Positions 63,340 to 64,000 of a stretch of 64,000 nucleotides of DNA are shown here, one piece after another. The DNA is from Macrostomum lignano (taxonomy: Eukaryota). The stretch spans positions 1 to 64,000 of the forward strand of contig NIVC01000885.1 of assembly GCA_002269645.1 (NCBI GenBank), in the 5' to 3' direction. Below the pieces are notes generated by a model that saw nothing but the letters and a program-made list of their open reading frames with translations, ran no database searches and was not told where the DNA came from. How positions within the stretch are numbered: position 1 is the stretch's first letter; each line of letters opens with the position of its first letter. The position numbers were made by a program, and so were the translations under genes.

Positions 63340-63800
63340 CAAACCAACAGCTCCGCTGCATTCCGCCGCTCCCCCCAACAGCTCCGCTGCTTTCCGCCGC
63401 TCCCTCAACAGCTCCGCTGCTTTCCGCCGCTCCCCCAACAGCTCCGCTGCTTTCCGCCGCTTCCACCAACAGCTCCGCTGCTTTCCGCCTCTCCCCCCAA
63501 CAGCTCCGCTGCTTTCCGCCTCTCCCCCCAACAGCTCCGCTGCTTTCCGCCGCTCCCCCAACAGCTCCGCTGCTTTCCGCCGCTTCCACCAACAGCTCCG
63601 CTGCTTTCCGCCGCTCCCCAACAGCTCCGCTGCTTTCCGCCGCTCCCCCAACAGCTCCGCTGCTTTCCGCTGCTTCCACCAACAGCTCCGCTGCTTTCCG
63701 CCGCCCCAACAGCTCCGCTGCATTCCGCCGCTCCCCCCTAACAGCTCCGCTGCTTTCCGCCGCTCCCCAACAGCTCTGCTGCTTTCCGCGGCTCCCCCGC
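63340..63800. repeat. ~30-bp minisatellite (ccccaacagctccgctgctttccgccgct)n
   Basis: Tandem array; explains the ORFs at 63265-63952. Confidence 0.93.
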
Positions 63801-64000
63801 ATGCCTCCATGCCTCCAGATCTAGATTCCTTGATTCTATCCGTGATCCAAAGATCCAACTATACAATATCTCTATCAATCAACACTAAGTTTGCTGCTCA
63901 ATCTGCTTTCCATATACCTTGCTTGAGGAGCATATGGATCAGTGAAGTCTAGCCAGTGTCGTTTAGATCGTCAAAAGCAATACAGCATGGCATTACAATG

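Overview
Eukaryotic (animal) genomic DNA, not prokaryotic. GC-rich, polyQ-rich exons sit in AT-rich DNA packed with minisatellites, a style most like the flatworm Macrostomum (inference). The left half (5-30 kb) holds five co-oriented minus-strand genes that I assembled exon by exon from splice signals and reading-frame phase: a SAMD10/12-aveugle-like SAM protein, polyhomeotic (HD1, FCS finger, SAM), a ~7-finger C2H2 protein, a stathmin-like protein with a GC-AG intron, and mitochondrial t6A transferase OSGEPL1/Qri7. Almost every intron and spacer has its own 16-32 bp minisatellite. The right half is mostly mobile DNA: three non-autonomous Helitrons (two fused head-to-tail) carrying 2-4 kb arrays of related 23-bp satellites and TTAGGG tracts, an intact DD34D mariner, LINE and Ty3/gypsy fragments, a tRNA-derived SINE, MITEs, an orphan frameshifted TMEM132-like exon and a short SAP-domain ORF. 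Most ORF-track entries are artefacts of tandem repeats. The best lead is a possible spliced-leader (SL) trans-spliced gene cluster. In it, the SAM ORF has no nearby Met and could use the SL 3'-terminal AUG, while the other genes have an in-frame stop soon after their candidate acceptors. This is a hypothesis that needs RNA data.
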